Numbered from the stretch's first letter, positions 18,106 through 27,840 are shown. The stretch is 41,834 nucleotides of DNA from Pararcticibacter sp. (GCA_052039655.1 JBQGEO010000191.1:1-41834); one strand, 5' to 3'. Made by a program: numbers and translations. Notes: generated from the sequence alone by a model not told the origin.

Positions 18106-20019
18106 TTATATTTTATAAAAACTATAGAAAAGCAAAGCAATAACACCGGCCACCATCATAAATATATAGAACCCTATGTTACCCGTCTGAACCAGGCGAA
18201 GTCCTTTTCCTGCCAGCCCGGTTGCCTTACCCAATCCATTAACTATTCCATCTATTATTGCTTTATCAATTATCTTATAAAATAATCCGGATAAAGCGTT
18301 TAAAGGCCGTGTGATGAGTGCATCATAAACCTCGTCGATATAATACTTGTGATAAGAAAGATTACCCAAAAAGCCGCGTGGCGCATGGTCCGGAACGGGC
18401 ACATGATGCTTTTTCGCATATCTTACATAAGCAACAATAGCTGCAATAACGGCTCCAAGTACAGATATTGTCATCAGTACGTACTCCGTATTATGATCTA
18501 AATGATGTACTTCGTGCCCGGCAGTTTTATTCATGAACACCGGGGCAAGGTAATGAGAAAGCCAGTGCTTTCCACCCAGGACCTCAGGTACCCCTATAAA
18601 TCCGCCGGATATTGATAACACAGCCAGTACGATCAATGGGATAGTCATAGTGGCCGGAGATTCATGAACATGATGCTCCTGCTCGTGTGTTCCTCTGAAC
18701 TTACCATAAAATGTCAGGAACATCATCCGGAACATATAAAAAGCAGTAAATACAGCCCCGATAACACCGATAACCCAGAAGATCTTGTTATGCTCATAAG
18801 CATTTGCAAGGATCTCATCCTTAGAGAAAAATCCGGAAAACGGGGGGATGCCCGATATGGCCACCGTTCCTGCTAACATGGTGATAAAGGTAACCGGAAG
18901 CTTTTTCCTTAATCCGCCCATTAATCTCATATCCTGCTCATTACTCATTGCGTGGATAACAGATCCGGCTCCAAGGAAAAGAAGTGCCTTAAAGAATGCA
19001 TGAGTGATCACATGGAAGAAAGCTCCAGTATACGCACCGACGCCCAGCCCTAAAAACATATACCCCAGCTGCGAAACAGTTGAGTAGGCCAGAACCTTCT
19101 TTATATCTGTCTGGGTAATGGCTATCGTAGCCGCCAGAATTGCTGTAGCAAGCCCGATAATTGCTATGACATTCATAGTAAGCGGGGCAAGCATGAACAG
19201 GACATTAGAACGTGCAATCATATAAATCCCTGCTGTTACCATCGTAGCTGCGTGGATCAGTGCAGAGACGGGCGTAGGTCCGGCCATTGCATCAGGCAAC
19301 CATGTAAAAAGAGGGATTTGCGCTGATTTTCCCGTTGCTCCAACAAAAAGCAGCATAGTGATCAGGACCATTACGGGTGAGCCGACCTTCATTTCTGCAG
19401 CCTTCGTAAATACTTCACCAAATTCAATCGAGCCGAATATCCTGAATATGACAAATATGGCGATCAGAAAACCCAGGTCACCGATACGGTTCATAACAAA
19501 TGCTTTCTTTGCAGCGCTTGCATAGGAGCTGTTCTTATACCAAAAGCCGATAAGAAGATAAGAGCAGAGCCCTACCCCTTCCCACCCGATAAACAATACA
19601 ACATAGTTCGAACCAAGAACCAGAAGCAGCATGAAGAAGACAAACAGGTTCAGGTACGAAAAGAACTTGGCATATCCCTTATCATGATGCATGTAACCAA
19701 TGGAATAAACATGGATTAAAAAGCCTATCCCTGTTACGATCAGCAACATTAAAGAACTGAGATGATCAACCTGGAACGAAAATGGGACCGACAGAGAACC
19801 TGTTTGAATCCAGTTAAACAAAGGTACGTAATACGCAGTTGCACCCGATTTTTCTAATTCAAAAAATATAGCTGTACTTACGCCAAATGATAAAAGTACA
19901 GACAAGCAACCTACTAATCCAACAATACTCTTTGGTAATACATTCCTTCCAAATCCGTTAATCAGGAAACCGATCAAAGGAAATAAAGGAACTAACCAGA
20001 CTAAATTTATCGCCGACAT
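18106..20019 (-). CDS. nuoL: NADH-quinone oxidoreductase subunit L
   Basis: GKSAQIPLFTWLPDAMAGPTPVSALIHAATMVTAG and HAFFKALLFLGAG. Confidence 0.97.
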   Translation of the reverse strand: MSAINLVWLVPLFPLIGFLINGFGRNVLPKSIVGLVGCLSVLLSFGVSTAIFFELEKSGATAYYVPLFNWIQTGSLSVPFSFQVDHLSSLMLLIVTGIGFLIHVYSIGYMHHDKGYAKFFSYLNLFVFFMLLLVLGSNYVVLFIGWEGVGLCSYLLIGFWYKNSSYASAAKKAFVMNRIGDLGFLIAIFVIFRIFGSIEFGEVFTKAAEMKVGSPVMVLITMLLFVGATGKSAQIPLFTWLPDAMAGPTPVSALIHAATMVTAGIYMIARSNVLFMLAPLTMNVIAIIGLATAILAATIAITQTDIKKVLAYSTVSQLGYMFLGLGVGAYTGAFFHVITHAFFKALLFLGAGSVIHAMSNEQDMRLMGGLRKKLPVTFITMLAGTVAISGIPPFSGFFSKDEILANAYEHNKIFWVIGVIGAVFTAFYMFRMMFLTFYGKFRGTHEQEHHVHESPATMTIPLIVLAVLSISGGFIGVPEVLGGKHWLSHYLAPVFMNKTAGHEVHHLDHNTEYVLMTISVLGAVIAAIVAYVRYAKKHHVPVPDHAPRGFLGNLSYHKYYIDEVYDALITRPLNALSGLFYKIIDKAIIDGIVNGLGKATGLAGKGLRLVQTGNIGFYIFMMVAGVIALLFYSFYKI

Positions 20020-20079
20020 GAACCCTGTTCGTATAAAAAAGTTAACTATTATCCTAAATAAAGGCCTGCAAAATGTGGT

Positions 20080-20409
20080 TTACCACTTAAGCCTGTTCAA
20101 TACATTTATATCAGTAGAATTTGTATTCCTGTAAATCATCACGATAATGGCAAGCCCAACAGCCACTTCCGCCGCAGCCAGCGCCATAATGAAAAACACG
20201 AAAACCTGTCCGGCCGGATCTCCCCTGTATGCAGAGAATGCGGTAAGCAATAAATTGACAGCGTTAAGCATCAATTCCACCGACATGAAAATAACGATAG
20301 CGTTTCTCCGGATCAAAACCCCCATTACGCCGATCGAGAAAATAACGGCACTTAATATGATATAATGATTTAAAGGAACGCCCTGTATTGTTTGAGTTAC
20401 TGTTTCCAT
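20080..20409 (-). CDS. nuoK: NADH-quinone oxidoreductase subunit K
   Basis: MSVELMLNAVNL and AAAEVAVGLAI. Confidence 0.96.
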   Translation of the reverse strand: METVTQTIQGVPLNHYIILSAVIFSIGVMGVLIRRNAIVIFMSVELMLNAVNLLLTAFSAYRGDPAGQVFVFFIMALAAAEVAVGLAIIVMIYRNTNSTDINVLNRLKW

Positions 20410-20906
20410 TACACTTTCTTTGGATCTTTCTTGGCAAGTAATACAGCCCCTACCATGGCCGCCAGAAGCAGAATGGAGGAAACTTCAAATGGGAGAAGGA
20501 AATCCTTGAACAAAACCTTTCCCAGATTCTGAACAAGGCCAATGTCCGGATTCTTCAGTACCAAAGGATCAGACACGTTTAAAGCTTTCACTGACCCGGC
20601 CAGCGTTACCAGTAAACACATACCGGCAACCACCCCCGCAATCTTCACGATGTTCGATTTTAATGGTTCTGAGTCCTTGTTCAGGTTCAGCAGCATCAGC
20701 ACAAAAAGGAACAACACCATAATGGCTCCCATGTAAACGATAAAATTTACGATAGCCAGGAACTGCGCATTCAACAATACATAGTGAATGGTGAAAGTGA
20801 AAAATGTGATGATCAGGTACAAAACACTGTATACCGGATTTTTCGAAAAAATCACCAGCAGTGAAAAAAAGACTGATAAAAAAGCAATTAAATAGAATAA
20901 GTTCAT
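20409..20906 (-). CDS. nuoJ: NADH-quinone oxidoreductase subunit J
   Basis: NPVYSVLYL, IVYMGAIMVLFLFVLMLL and PFEVSSILLLAAMVGA. Confidence 0.95.
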   Translation of the reverse strand: MNLFYLIAFLSVFFSLLVIFSKNPVYSVLYLIITFFTFTIHYVLLNAQFLAIVNFIVYMGAIMVLFLFVLMLLNLNKDSEPLKSNIVKIAGVVAGMCLLVTLAGSVKALNVSDPLVLKNPDIGLVQNLGKVLFKDFLLPFEVSSILLLAAMVGAVLLAKKDPKKV

Positions 20907-20943
20907 TAATTCTATGGTTTTACTTTGCCACTTAAGAAGTGGT

Positions 20944-20951
20944 CAAAGGTA
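20944..20951 (-). promoter_or_regulatory. Candidate internal promoter (-7 element) ahead of nuoJ
   Basis: TACCTTTG on the minus strand in the 52-bp nuoI-nuoJ spacer. Confidence 0.5.
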
Positions 20952-20958
20952 TAATTTT

Positions 20959-21456
20959 TTACGATTTCAACGGGGCCTCAACCAGCTTATCTTTTCCAAA
21001 GATGAAGTCCTTCCTGAGATAATCTGCCTCAACAATAGGACCGTCCAGGTAGATAGCTTCTTTAGGGCATGCTTCTTCACATAAGCCACAGAAGATACAA
21101 CGGAGCATGTTTATCTCATAAACAGCAGCGTACTTCTCCTCTCTGTAAAGCCCCTCCTCCCCTTTTTTGCGCTCAGCCGCAACCATTGTAATGGCCTCAG
21201 CAGGGCAGGCAAGAGCACATAATCCGCAAGCCGTACATCTCTCCCTTCCTTTCTCATCCCTCTTTAAGGAATGCAGCCCTCTCCAGTTTTCCGACACGGG
21301 GCGTTCCTGCTCAGGATAAAAAATGGTTTCTCTCTTTTTAAATATATGCTTGAAAGTAATAGCCAGCCCTTTGAGTATGGAAGGAAGATAGATCCTCTCC
21401 GAGAAACTCATTGGCTTCTGTTCTAATACTTTCTTTCTGTTACTTAATGATTCCAT
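20959..21456 (-). CDS. nuoI: NADH-quinone oxidoreductase subunit I
   Basis: Two ferredoxin motifs, CTACGLCALACP and CIFCGLCEEACP. Confidence 0.96.
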   Translation of the reverse strand: MESLSNRKKVLEQKPMSFSERIYLPSILKGLAITFKHIFKKRETIFYPEQERPVSENWRGLHSLKRDEKGRERCTACGLCALACPAEAITMVAAERKKGEEGLYREEKYAAVYEINMLRCIFCGLCEEACPKEAIYLDGPIVEADYLRKDFIFGKDKLVEAPLKS

Positions 21457-21486
21457 AAATAGCCTTCCTGTAAAGCTTACGCTTTA

Positions 21487-22536
21487 TTAAATTAAATCCT
21501 TTACTGTCATCCAGATTCCCGTAATCACGATATTGGCTATAGCCAGCGGGATTAATGTCTTCCAGCCCAAATTCATCAGCTGGTCGTAACGGAAACGGGG
21601 GATGGTCCAGCGTATCCACATAAAAAAGAAAATAAAGAAAAATATTTTTGCAAAAAGGGCCAGTACTCCCAGAATTGCGACTACGTTCTCAGACAAGCCG
21701 AGGTCGTGCATAAAGGGGAAATTATACCCGCCAAAATACAAAGTCGACATAACAGCAGAGGATACAAACATATTAATATACTCCGCGAAGAGGAACGCCC
21801 CCAGTTTAAAGCCGGAGTATTCAGTATGATAACCGGCAACCAGCTCATTTTCACTCTCGGGAAGGTCAAATGGCGTACGGTTACATTCTGCAAAGGCACA
21901 TACAATGAAGATCAGGAAACTCAGGGGCTGCTTGAAAACGTTCCACGTGAACCATCCGTCTGCCCAGAAACCATCCTGCTGTGCTGCAATGCCTTTTAAT
22001 GAAAGGGTTCCTGTAACCATTAATAAGGCTATGATGGAAAGCCCCATAGCAATTTCATAGCTGATATTCTGGGAAGCCGCTCTGATGGCACCCATCAGGG
22101 AATATTTATTATTAGATGCCCACCCGCCTATCATAATTCCGTACACACCCAGCGATACGACACCGAAAATATAAAGCAAACCTACATTGATATCCGTAAC
22201 CTGCAGTTCAATAGTCCTTCCTCCGATGGTCAGTGCCCTTCCCCAGGGTATTACAGCACTTCCGATACTGGCCGTCAGCAATGCAAGGGACGGGCCGGCT
22301 ATAAAGAGAAAGCGGTTGGATTCAGCAGGAATGATCTCCTCTTTAAAGAACATCTTTCCACCATCAGCAAGAGGCTGGAACATCCCCCATGGGCCTGCAC
22401 GATGAGGTCCCACACGTCCCTGGATAAAGCCTGCGATCTTCCTCTCGGCCAGCGTAGAATATGCAGCAATTCCTAATGTTATAAGGAATATTACTGTTAC
22501 AAGTATTAACTTCTCTAAAACAAATGCGTATTCCAT
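21487..22536 (-). CDS. nuoH: NADH-quinone oxidoreductase subunit H
   Basis: ERKIAGFIQGRVGP, GWASNNKYSLMG, NRTPFDLPESE and PRFRYDQLM. Confidence 0.97.
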   Translation of the reverse strand: MEYAFVLEKLILVTVIFLITLGIAAYSTLAERKIAGFIQGRVGPHRAGPWGMFQPLADGGKMFFKEEIIPAESNRFLFIAGPSLALLTASIGSAVIPWGRALTIGGRTIELQVTDINVGLLYIFGVVSLGVYGIMIGGWASNNKYSLMGAIRAASQNISYEIAMGLSIIALLMVTGTLSLKGIAAQQDGFWADGWFTWNVFKQPLSFLIFIVCAFAECNRTPFDLPESENELVAGYHTEYSGFKLGAFLFAEYINMFVSSAVMSTLYFGGYNFPFMHDLGLSENVVAILGVLALFAKIFFFIFFFMWIRWTIPRFRYDQLMNLGWKTLIPLAIANIVITGIWMTVKDLI

Positions 22537-23540
22537 TAAAGTTTTGTTACACGTTCAAACTGCTCTTTATTAGACTCCAAAAGTGCAGGGTTCTTCCTCA
22601 CAACTGCCGGAGGTGTCAGTCGTTCATAATGATTAGCTGAAATAACAGAATGCGGAGAAATCTTCCTCGGCCCCTCAATCACCCAGTCACTCGTTTTCTT
22701 ATGTTCAAAACGGCAGTCGTTGCAAATAAACTCTTCAACTTCTCCATACACATCTTTCCTCGCCGTTACCCTGATCACATCTTCTCCTTTATACCACAGA
22801 GCTACTTTCCCGGAACATTTAGGACAGTCACGATGTGCATCAACCGGCTTGCTAAACCAAACCCTGTTCTTAAACCGGAATGTTTTGTCTGTAAGGGCCC
22901 CTACCGGGCACACATCGATAACATTGCCCGAAAAGTCGTTATCCACAGCTTTCTCTATATAAGTGGAAATTTCAGCAGCGTCTCCACGGCCCAAAATACC
23001 GTGAACCCGGTTATCGGTGATCTGATCCGCAGTAAAGACACAACGATAGCAAAGTATACAACGTGTCATATGCAGCTGGATCTTATCCCCTATATCAATT
23101 TTGTCGAACGTTCTGCGTTCAAACTCATATCTGGTCGCCTCAGAACCGTGCTCATAAGATAAATCCTGCAGATGACATTCTCCGGCCTGATCACAGATAG
23201 GACAATCCAGGGGATGGTTGATCAACAGCAATTCAACAACGCCCTTTCTCGCTTCCACCACCTCAGGAGAGGTGATATTCTGCACCTCCATCCCATCCAT
23301 AACGGTAGTACGGCAGGACGCTACAAGCTTGGGCATTGGTCTCGGATCCTTTTCAGACCCTTTGCTCACTTTCACAAGACAAGTCCGGCATTTACCTCCG
23401 CTTCCCTGTAACTTCGAATAATAACACATAGCAGGAGGAACAATGTCCCCTCCAATCTGCCTGGCAGCATTCAGTATACTGGTCCCAGGCTCCACATCTA
23501 TGCTAATCCCGTCTATTGTTACTTTAACTTTATCTGACAT
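22536..23540 (-). CDS. nuoG: NADH-quinone oxidoreductase subunit G, short form (Fe-S part only)
   Basis: N1b ligands (CYY...CRTC...C), N5 HPLDCPICDQAGEC and N4 CILCYRC...CPVGAL; only 334 aa; lies between nuoF and nuoH. Confidence 0.92.
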   Translation of the reverse strand: MSDKVKVTIDGISIDVEPGTSILNAARQIGGDIVPPAMCYYSKLQGSGGKCRTCLVKVSKGSEKDPRPMPKLVASCRTTVMDGMEVQNITSPEVVEARKGVVELLLINHPLDCPICDQAGECHLQDLSYEHGSEATRYEFERRTFDKIDIGDKIQLHMTRCILCYRCVFTADQITDNRVHGILGRGDAAEISTYIEKAVDNDFSGNVIDVCPVGALTDKTFRFKNRVWFSKPVDAHRDCPKCSGKVALWYKGEDVIRVTARKDVYGEVEEFICNDCRFEHKKTSDWVIEGPRKISPHSVISANHYERLTPPAVVRKNPALLESNKEQFERVTKL

Positions 23541-23561
23541 GTTAAAGATTCCTCTTTTATT

Positions 23562-24929
23562 TTAATTAGCTGCAACTGCTTCCGGCTTGGGAAGCGGGTC
23601 AGCATAATGAGCTAAACCATAGTTACGATCCATTGCTTCTTCAGGCCTGCTGACATGCCATTCAAACTCGTCCCTGAAATGACGGATAGCGCTCGCTACC
23701 GGCCACGCCGCAGCGTCTCCCAGGGGACAAATGGTATTTCCCTCTATCTTTTTCGAAACGTCCACCAGCAGATCTATATCGCTCAGCTTGCCGTGCCCAT
23801 ACTCAAGCCTGTGAAGAACTTTCTCCATCCAGCCGGTTCCTTCCCTGCACGGAGAACACTGTCCGCAGCTTTCATGATGATAAAACCTTGCGTAATTCCA
23901 GGTGTTCCGCACAATACACTGGTCTTCATCAAATGCAACAAACCCGCCGGACCCCAGCATAGTGCCCGATGCAAAGCCTCCGTCTGCCAGCGATTCGTAC
24001 GACATCAGCCGGTTTTCGCCGTTTAGTGTTTTAAGAATAAGATTGGCAGGCAGGATCGGAACAGAAGAACCTCCTGCAACCACAGCTTTCAGCCGCTTGC
24101 CCTTAGCTATCCCGCCACAGTATTCGTCCGAATAAATAAATTCCTCTACCGGCACTCCCAGTTCAATTTCATATACACCTGGTTTGTTCAGATTACCGGA
24201 AGCTGAAATCAGCTTGGTCCCTGTACTCCGCCCTATCCCAAGTTTCGCATATTCATCCCCGCCGTCATTTATAATAGGCACCGTCGCAGCGATAGATTCT
24301 ACGTTGTTTACAACAGTTGGGCAATTGTAAAGGCCCGAAATAGCTGGAAAAGGAGGCTTAATCCTTGGATTACCTCTTTTACCCTCGAGAGATTCTATTA
24401 AAGCAGTCTCCTCTCCGCAGATATATGCGCCTCCCCCGGGCTGAACATATAATTCAAGATCATACCCGGAGCCTAAAATGTTCTTTCCCAGAAAACCTGC
24501 ATTTCTTGCCTCAGCTATGGCCTTTTCAAGAATCCGGATCTGGGGCATCATCTCACCGCGGACATATATATATGAAGTGTTTGCTCCCAAAGCAAAGCTG
24601 GAAACAATCATTCCCTCTATCAGAAGATGAGGAATATAGGTCATCAGGTACCGGTCTTTAAATGTTCCGGGCTCCGATTCGTCACCGTTGCAAACCAGAT
24701 ACCTGGGCTTACCTTCAGGCTTAGCCAGAAAGCTCCACTTCATCCCTGTCGGGAATCCGGCACCACCACGGCCGCGAAGCCCTGATTTCTTCACCTCCTC
24801 TACGACATCCTCGGGAGACATACCTTTAAGTACCTTCTCTACAGCACGGTATCCCCCTTTTTGCCGGTAAACATCAAAAGTGTTAATTCCGGGAACGTTT
24901 ATATTTTCTAATAATAACTTGCGTCCCAT
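23562..24929 (-). CDS. nuoF: NADH-quinone oxidoreductase subunit F
   Basis: SGLRGRGGAGFPTGMKW, GDESEPGTFKDR, YICGEETAL and ESCGQCSPCREG. Confidence 0.97.
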   Translation of the reverse strand: MGRKLLLENINVPGINTFDVYRQKGGYRAVEKVLKGMSPEDVVEEVKKSGLRGRGGAGFPTGMKWSFLAKPEGKPRYLVCNGDESEPGTFKDRYLMTYIPHLLIEGMIVSSFALGANTSYIYVRGEMMPQIRILEKAIAEARNAGFLGKNILGSGYDLELYVQPGGGAYICGEETALIESLEGKRGNPRIKPPFPAISGLYNCPTVVNNVESIAATVPIINDGGDEYAKLGIGRSTGTKLISASGNLNKPGVYEIELGVPVEEFIYSDEYCGGIAKGKRLKAVVAGGSSVPILPANLILKTLNGENRLMSYESLADGGFASGTMLGSGGFVAFDEDQCIVRNTWNYARFYHHESCGQCSPCREGTGWMEKVLHRLEYGHGKLSDIDLLVDVSKKIEGNTICPLGDAAAWPVASAIRHFRDEFEWHVSRPEEAMDRNYGLAHYADPLPKPEAVAAN

Positions 24930-24932
24930 CGT

Positions 24933-25469
24933 TTATATTATTTGAGCTTTTTCAGCTGTTTTTAATCGTAAACCATCAATCAGCTCATCTACTTTCGCTT
25001 CAGTCAGGTTCTCATAAAAAGTATATTCAGGGCCTATCTGAAGAACTGGCCCCATTCCGCATGCGGCAAGGCACTCTACCCCCCGCCAGCTGAACAACCC
25101 GTCAGGGGTAACTTCACCCTCCTTCACTTCCAGCTTTTGCTCGATATACTTCATTATTTTTTCTGCACCAACAAGGCAGCAAGGGCCTGTCCGGCATACT
25201 TCCAAAACATATTTGCCCTGGGGTTTCAGGAAAAACATCGTATAAAAAGTGGCAACTTCATACACTTCGATCGGCTTCAGGTCAAGGAATTCGGCTACCT
25301 TGTCCATCACCGGCGTACTCACCCACCCATACTCAGCCTGAGCCAGGTGCAATATGGGGAGAAGAGCCGATTTTTGTTTTCCTTCCGGATAACGGGCGAC
25401 AATCTCGTTGAACTTAGTAATAAGCTCAGGAGTGAAAACTATTTCTTCTGTGTTAGAAACTTTAAGCAT
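24933..25469 (-). CDS. nuoE: NADH-quinone oxidoreductase subunit E
   Basis: EVATFYTMF, VCRTGPC and ECLAACG (2Fe-2S N1a ligands). Confidence 0.95.
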   Translation of the reverse strand: MLKVSNTEEIVFTPELITKFNEIVARYPEGKQKSALLPILHLAQAEYGWVSTPVMDKVAEFLDLKPIEVYEVATFYTMFFLKPQGKYVLEVCRTGPCCLVGAEKIMKYIEQKLEVKEGEVTPDGLFSWRGVECLAACGMGPVLQIGPEYTFYENLTEAKVDELIDGLRLKTAEKAQII

Positions 25470-26670
25470 CTAATTCTCCTGCAATTACATTTAAACTACT
25501 CATGTTAATAATAGCATCCGACAACAGCATTCCACGGCTCATCGGTGCATACATCTGATAATTGATAAAACTTGGCCGGCGGAAATGCAGCCTGTAAGGT
25601 GCGCGTCCCCCGTCGTTAACCAGATAAAACCCAAGTTCACCGTTTGCCCCTTCCACACAGTGATATACCTCTGTCTTAGGAGTATCGATCTCACCCATAA
25701 CAATCTTGAAATGATAGATCAGGGCTTCCATATTATTGTATACCTCTTCTTTAGGAGGAAGATATATCTCCGGCACGTCAGCGTGAAACACGCCCTTTTC
25801 CTCTTTCTCAAGCTTCTCAAGCGCTTGCTCTATGATCCGGATACTCTGGTACATTTCTTCATTTCTGACCATATACCGGTCATATACATCCCCGGTAGTA
25901 CCAACCGGAATATCAAAATCAAAGTCCTCATAAGAACTGTAAGGCTCATTCACCCTTACATCATAATCCACCCCACATGCCCTGAGGATAGGCCCTGTCC
26001 AGCTATAATTTAAAGCTGTCTCGGCATCCACTGCACCTACGCCAGCCGTTCTGTCAATAAAAATGCGGTTGCGTGTAAAAAGCTCTTCAAACTCCTTCAG
26101 CACCGGTGGGTATTCCTTTACAAACTTTTTGATCTTCGCCCACGCGATATCATTGAAATCCCGCTCAAAGCCGCCGATACGTCCTATATTAGTCGTTAAC
26201 CTGGCTCCGCAAATTTCTTCGTAGATCTCATATATATGCTCCCTCTTCTCCATGAGATAAAGGAAGCCCGAATAAGCACCTGCATCTACTCCCAGAATTC
26301 CGTTACAAATCAGGTGATCGGAAATCCGGGCAAGTTCCATGATGATCACCCGCATGTAATCTACCCTCTTCGGAGTTATAACGCCGAGCATCTTTTCAAC
26401 TGTCATGTGCCAGCCCATATTATTAATGGGTGACGAACAATAGTTCATCCTGTCTGTAAGAGGAGTGATCTGGTAGAAAGGGCGGTGTTCCGAGATCTTT
26501 TCAAATGCCCGGTGAATATACCCGATAGTAGAAACGCCGCTCACGATACGTTCACCATCCATCTCCAGCACGTTCTGAAATACCCCATGAGTCGCCGGAT
26601 GCGTAGGCCCCAGGTTTAATGTAGTGGTTTCCTTACGCTCCTGATTATTTATAATAACGGGTTGATTCAT
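25462..26670 (-). CDS. nuoD: NADH-quinone oxidoreductase subunit D
   Basis: NLGPTHPATHGV, GYIHRAFEK, EGANGELG and C-terminal IAGELDA. Confidence 0.96.
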   Translation of the reverse strand: MNQPVIINNQERKETTTLNLGPTHPATHGVFQNVLEMDGERIVSGVSTIGYIHRAFEKISEHRPFYQITPLTDRMNYCSSPINNMGWHMTVEKMLGVITPKRVDYMRVIIMELARISDHLICNGILGVDAGAYSGFLYLMEKREHIYEIYEEICGARLTTNIGRIGGFERDFNDIAWAKIKKFVKEYPPVLKEFEELFTRNRIFIDRTAGVGAVDAETALNYSWTGPILRACGVDYDVRVNEPYSSYEDFDFDIPVGTTGDVYDRYMVRNEEMYQSIRIIEQALEKLEKEEKGVFHADVPEIYLPPKEEVYNNMEALIYHFKIVMGEIDTPKTEVYHCVEGANGELGFYLVNDGGRAPYRLHFRRPSFINYQMYAPMSRGMLLSDAIINMSSLNVIAGELDA

Positions 26671-26678
26671 GTCTTTTT

Positions 26679-27182
26679 TTACCTTCCGAAGAAAAAGTCC
26701 TTTTTATCTACACGGTTAGGATCCTCCAGTGGATATTCTTTCCGCATCGGAAACACCGTCATATCGTCAACATTTAAAATACGGCGTAAATCAGGATGTC
26801 CTTCAAAATTTACACCGAAGAAATCATAAGTTTCCCTCTCCATCCAGTTTGCACCTTCCCAGAAAACGGTAGCACTCGGGATGGAAGGGTTCGCTTCTTC
26901 AAGAAACACCTTAATCCGCACTCTTACATTATTTCTGAAGCTGTGAAGATGATAGATCACCCCTATTGGCAGCTCTCTTTCCGGATAATGGATCCCCGTA
27001 ATGTCTGTAAGGAAATTAAAATTCAGTTCCTTATCTTCCTTAAGGAATCTGAGTATCTCCAGGATGTCCTCACGGCCAGCCTCAAAAGTTAAAAGTCCGT
27101 GTGGTTCTGATGAAAGCGAAATTTTAGATCCAAACTTTGCACTGAGCTTTTCCAGTACAGCCTGGTTACTTATTTTTCCCAT
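26679..27182 (-). CDS. nuoC: NADH-quinone oxidoreductase subunit C
   Basis: ANWMERETYDFFGVNFEGHPDLRRIL and PMRKEYPL. Confidence 0.96.
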   Translation of the reverse strand: MGKISNQAVLEKLSAKFGSKISLSSEPHGLLTFEAGREDILEILRFLKEDKELNFNFLTDITGIHYPERELPIGVIYHLHSFRNNVRVRIKVFLEEANPSIPSATVFWEGANWMERETYDFFGVNFEGHPDLRRILNVDDMTVFPMRKEYPLEDPNRVDKKDFFFGR

Positions 27183-27725
27183 TTACTGGATTCCGTATTT
27201 ATTTAATAACTCCTTATATTCTGGCAGATTCCTTCTGCGCATTGGCTCATTCCGTACAAGGTCCTGCAGCTTCAGCACCCCGTTCAGGATAGCTTCAGGA
27301 CGTGGCGGGCAACCTGGAACATATACATCTACAGGAATAACCTCATCGATTCCCTGCAGTACCGAATAGGTATCAAATATACCTCCGCTTGTGGCGCAGG
27401 CACCTACTGCAATCACCCAGCGGGGCTCGGCCATTTGCAGATATACCTGTCTCAAAACAGGCGTCATCTTCTTCGCAATCGTTCCCATAACCAGCAACAT
27501 GTCTGCCTGCCTGGGTGAAAAAGATGGCCTTTCCGAACCAAAACGGGCAAGGTCATAATGCGCTCCCATTGTAGCCATAAACTCTATCCCGCAACAGGAA
27601 GTTGCAAAGGGTAACGGCCATAACGAGTTTGCTCTCGCCAGTCCCACTACCTTATCAAAAGAAGTTGCAAAAAAGCCCGACCCCTCTATCCCCGCAGGTG
27701 CTTCTGCCAATTTAATATCACTCAT
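27183..27725 (-). CDS. nuoB: NADH-quinone oxidoreductase subunit B
   Basis: [20 protein letters not shown] and [13 protein letters not shown]. Confidence 0.97.
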   Translation of the reverse strand: MSDIKLAEAPAGIEGSGFFATSFDKVVGLARANSLWPLPFATSCCGIEFMATMGAHYDLARFGSERPSFSPRQADMLLVMGTIAKKMTPVLRQVYLQMAEPRWVIAVGACATSGGIFDTYSVLQGIDEVIPVDVYVPGCPPRPEAILNGVLKLQDLVRNEPMRRRNLPEYKELLNKYGIQ

Positions 27726-27742
27726 TTTGTCTCCTTTTAAAT

Positions 27743-27778
27743 AAAAAAGCCCATTTCATCATATATGAGAATGGACTT
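27743..27778 (-). terminator. Terminator-like hairpin with U6 in the nuoA-nuoB spacer
   Basis: Minus strand reads AAGTCCAT-TCTCATATATGATGAA-ATGGGC-TTTTTT: an imperfect stem with one G-U pair and an inner TCATATATGA palindrome, ending in six T's, two of which could also pair in the stem. Confidence 0.45.
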
Positions 27779-27786
27779 CAAAGTTA
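27779..27786 (-). promoter_or_regulatory. Internal promoter -7 element ahead of nuoB
   Basis: TAACTTTG on the minus strand, a perfect TAnnTTTG match. Confidence 0.6.
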
Positions 27787-27819
27787 CTAAAATAACACGC
27801 TCTATACGTGCAGCCTAAT

Positions 27820-27840
27820 TATTTAGAACAATTCTAATTA
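27820..27840. promoter_or_regulatory. Palindromic candidate operator TTAGAA-N3-TTCTAA
   Basis: TATTTAGAACAATTCTAATTA; perfect 6-3-6 core at 27823-27837, about 36 nt upstream of the nuoB -7 box. Confidence 0.5.
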
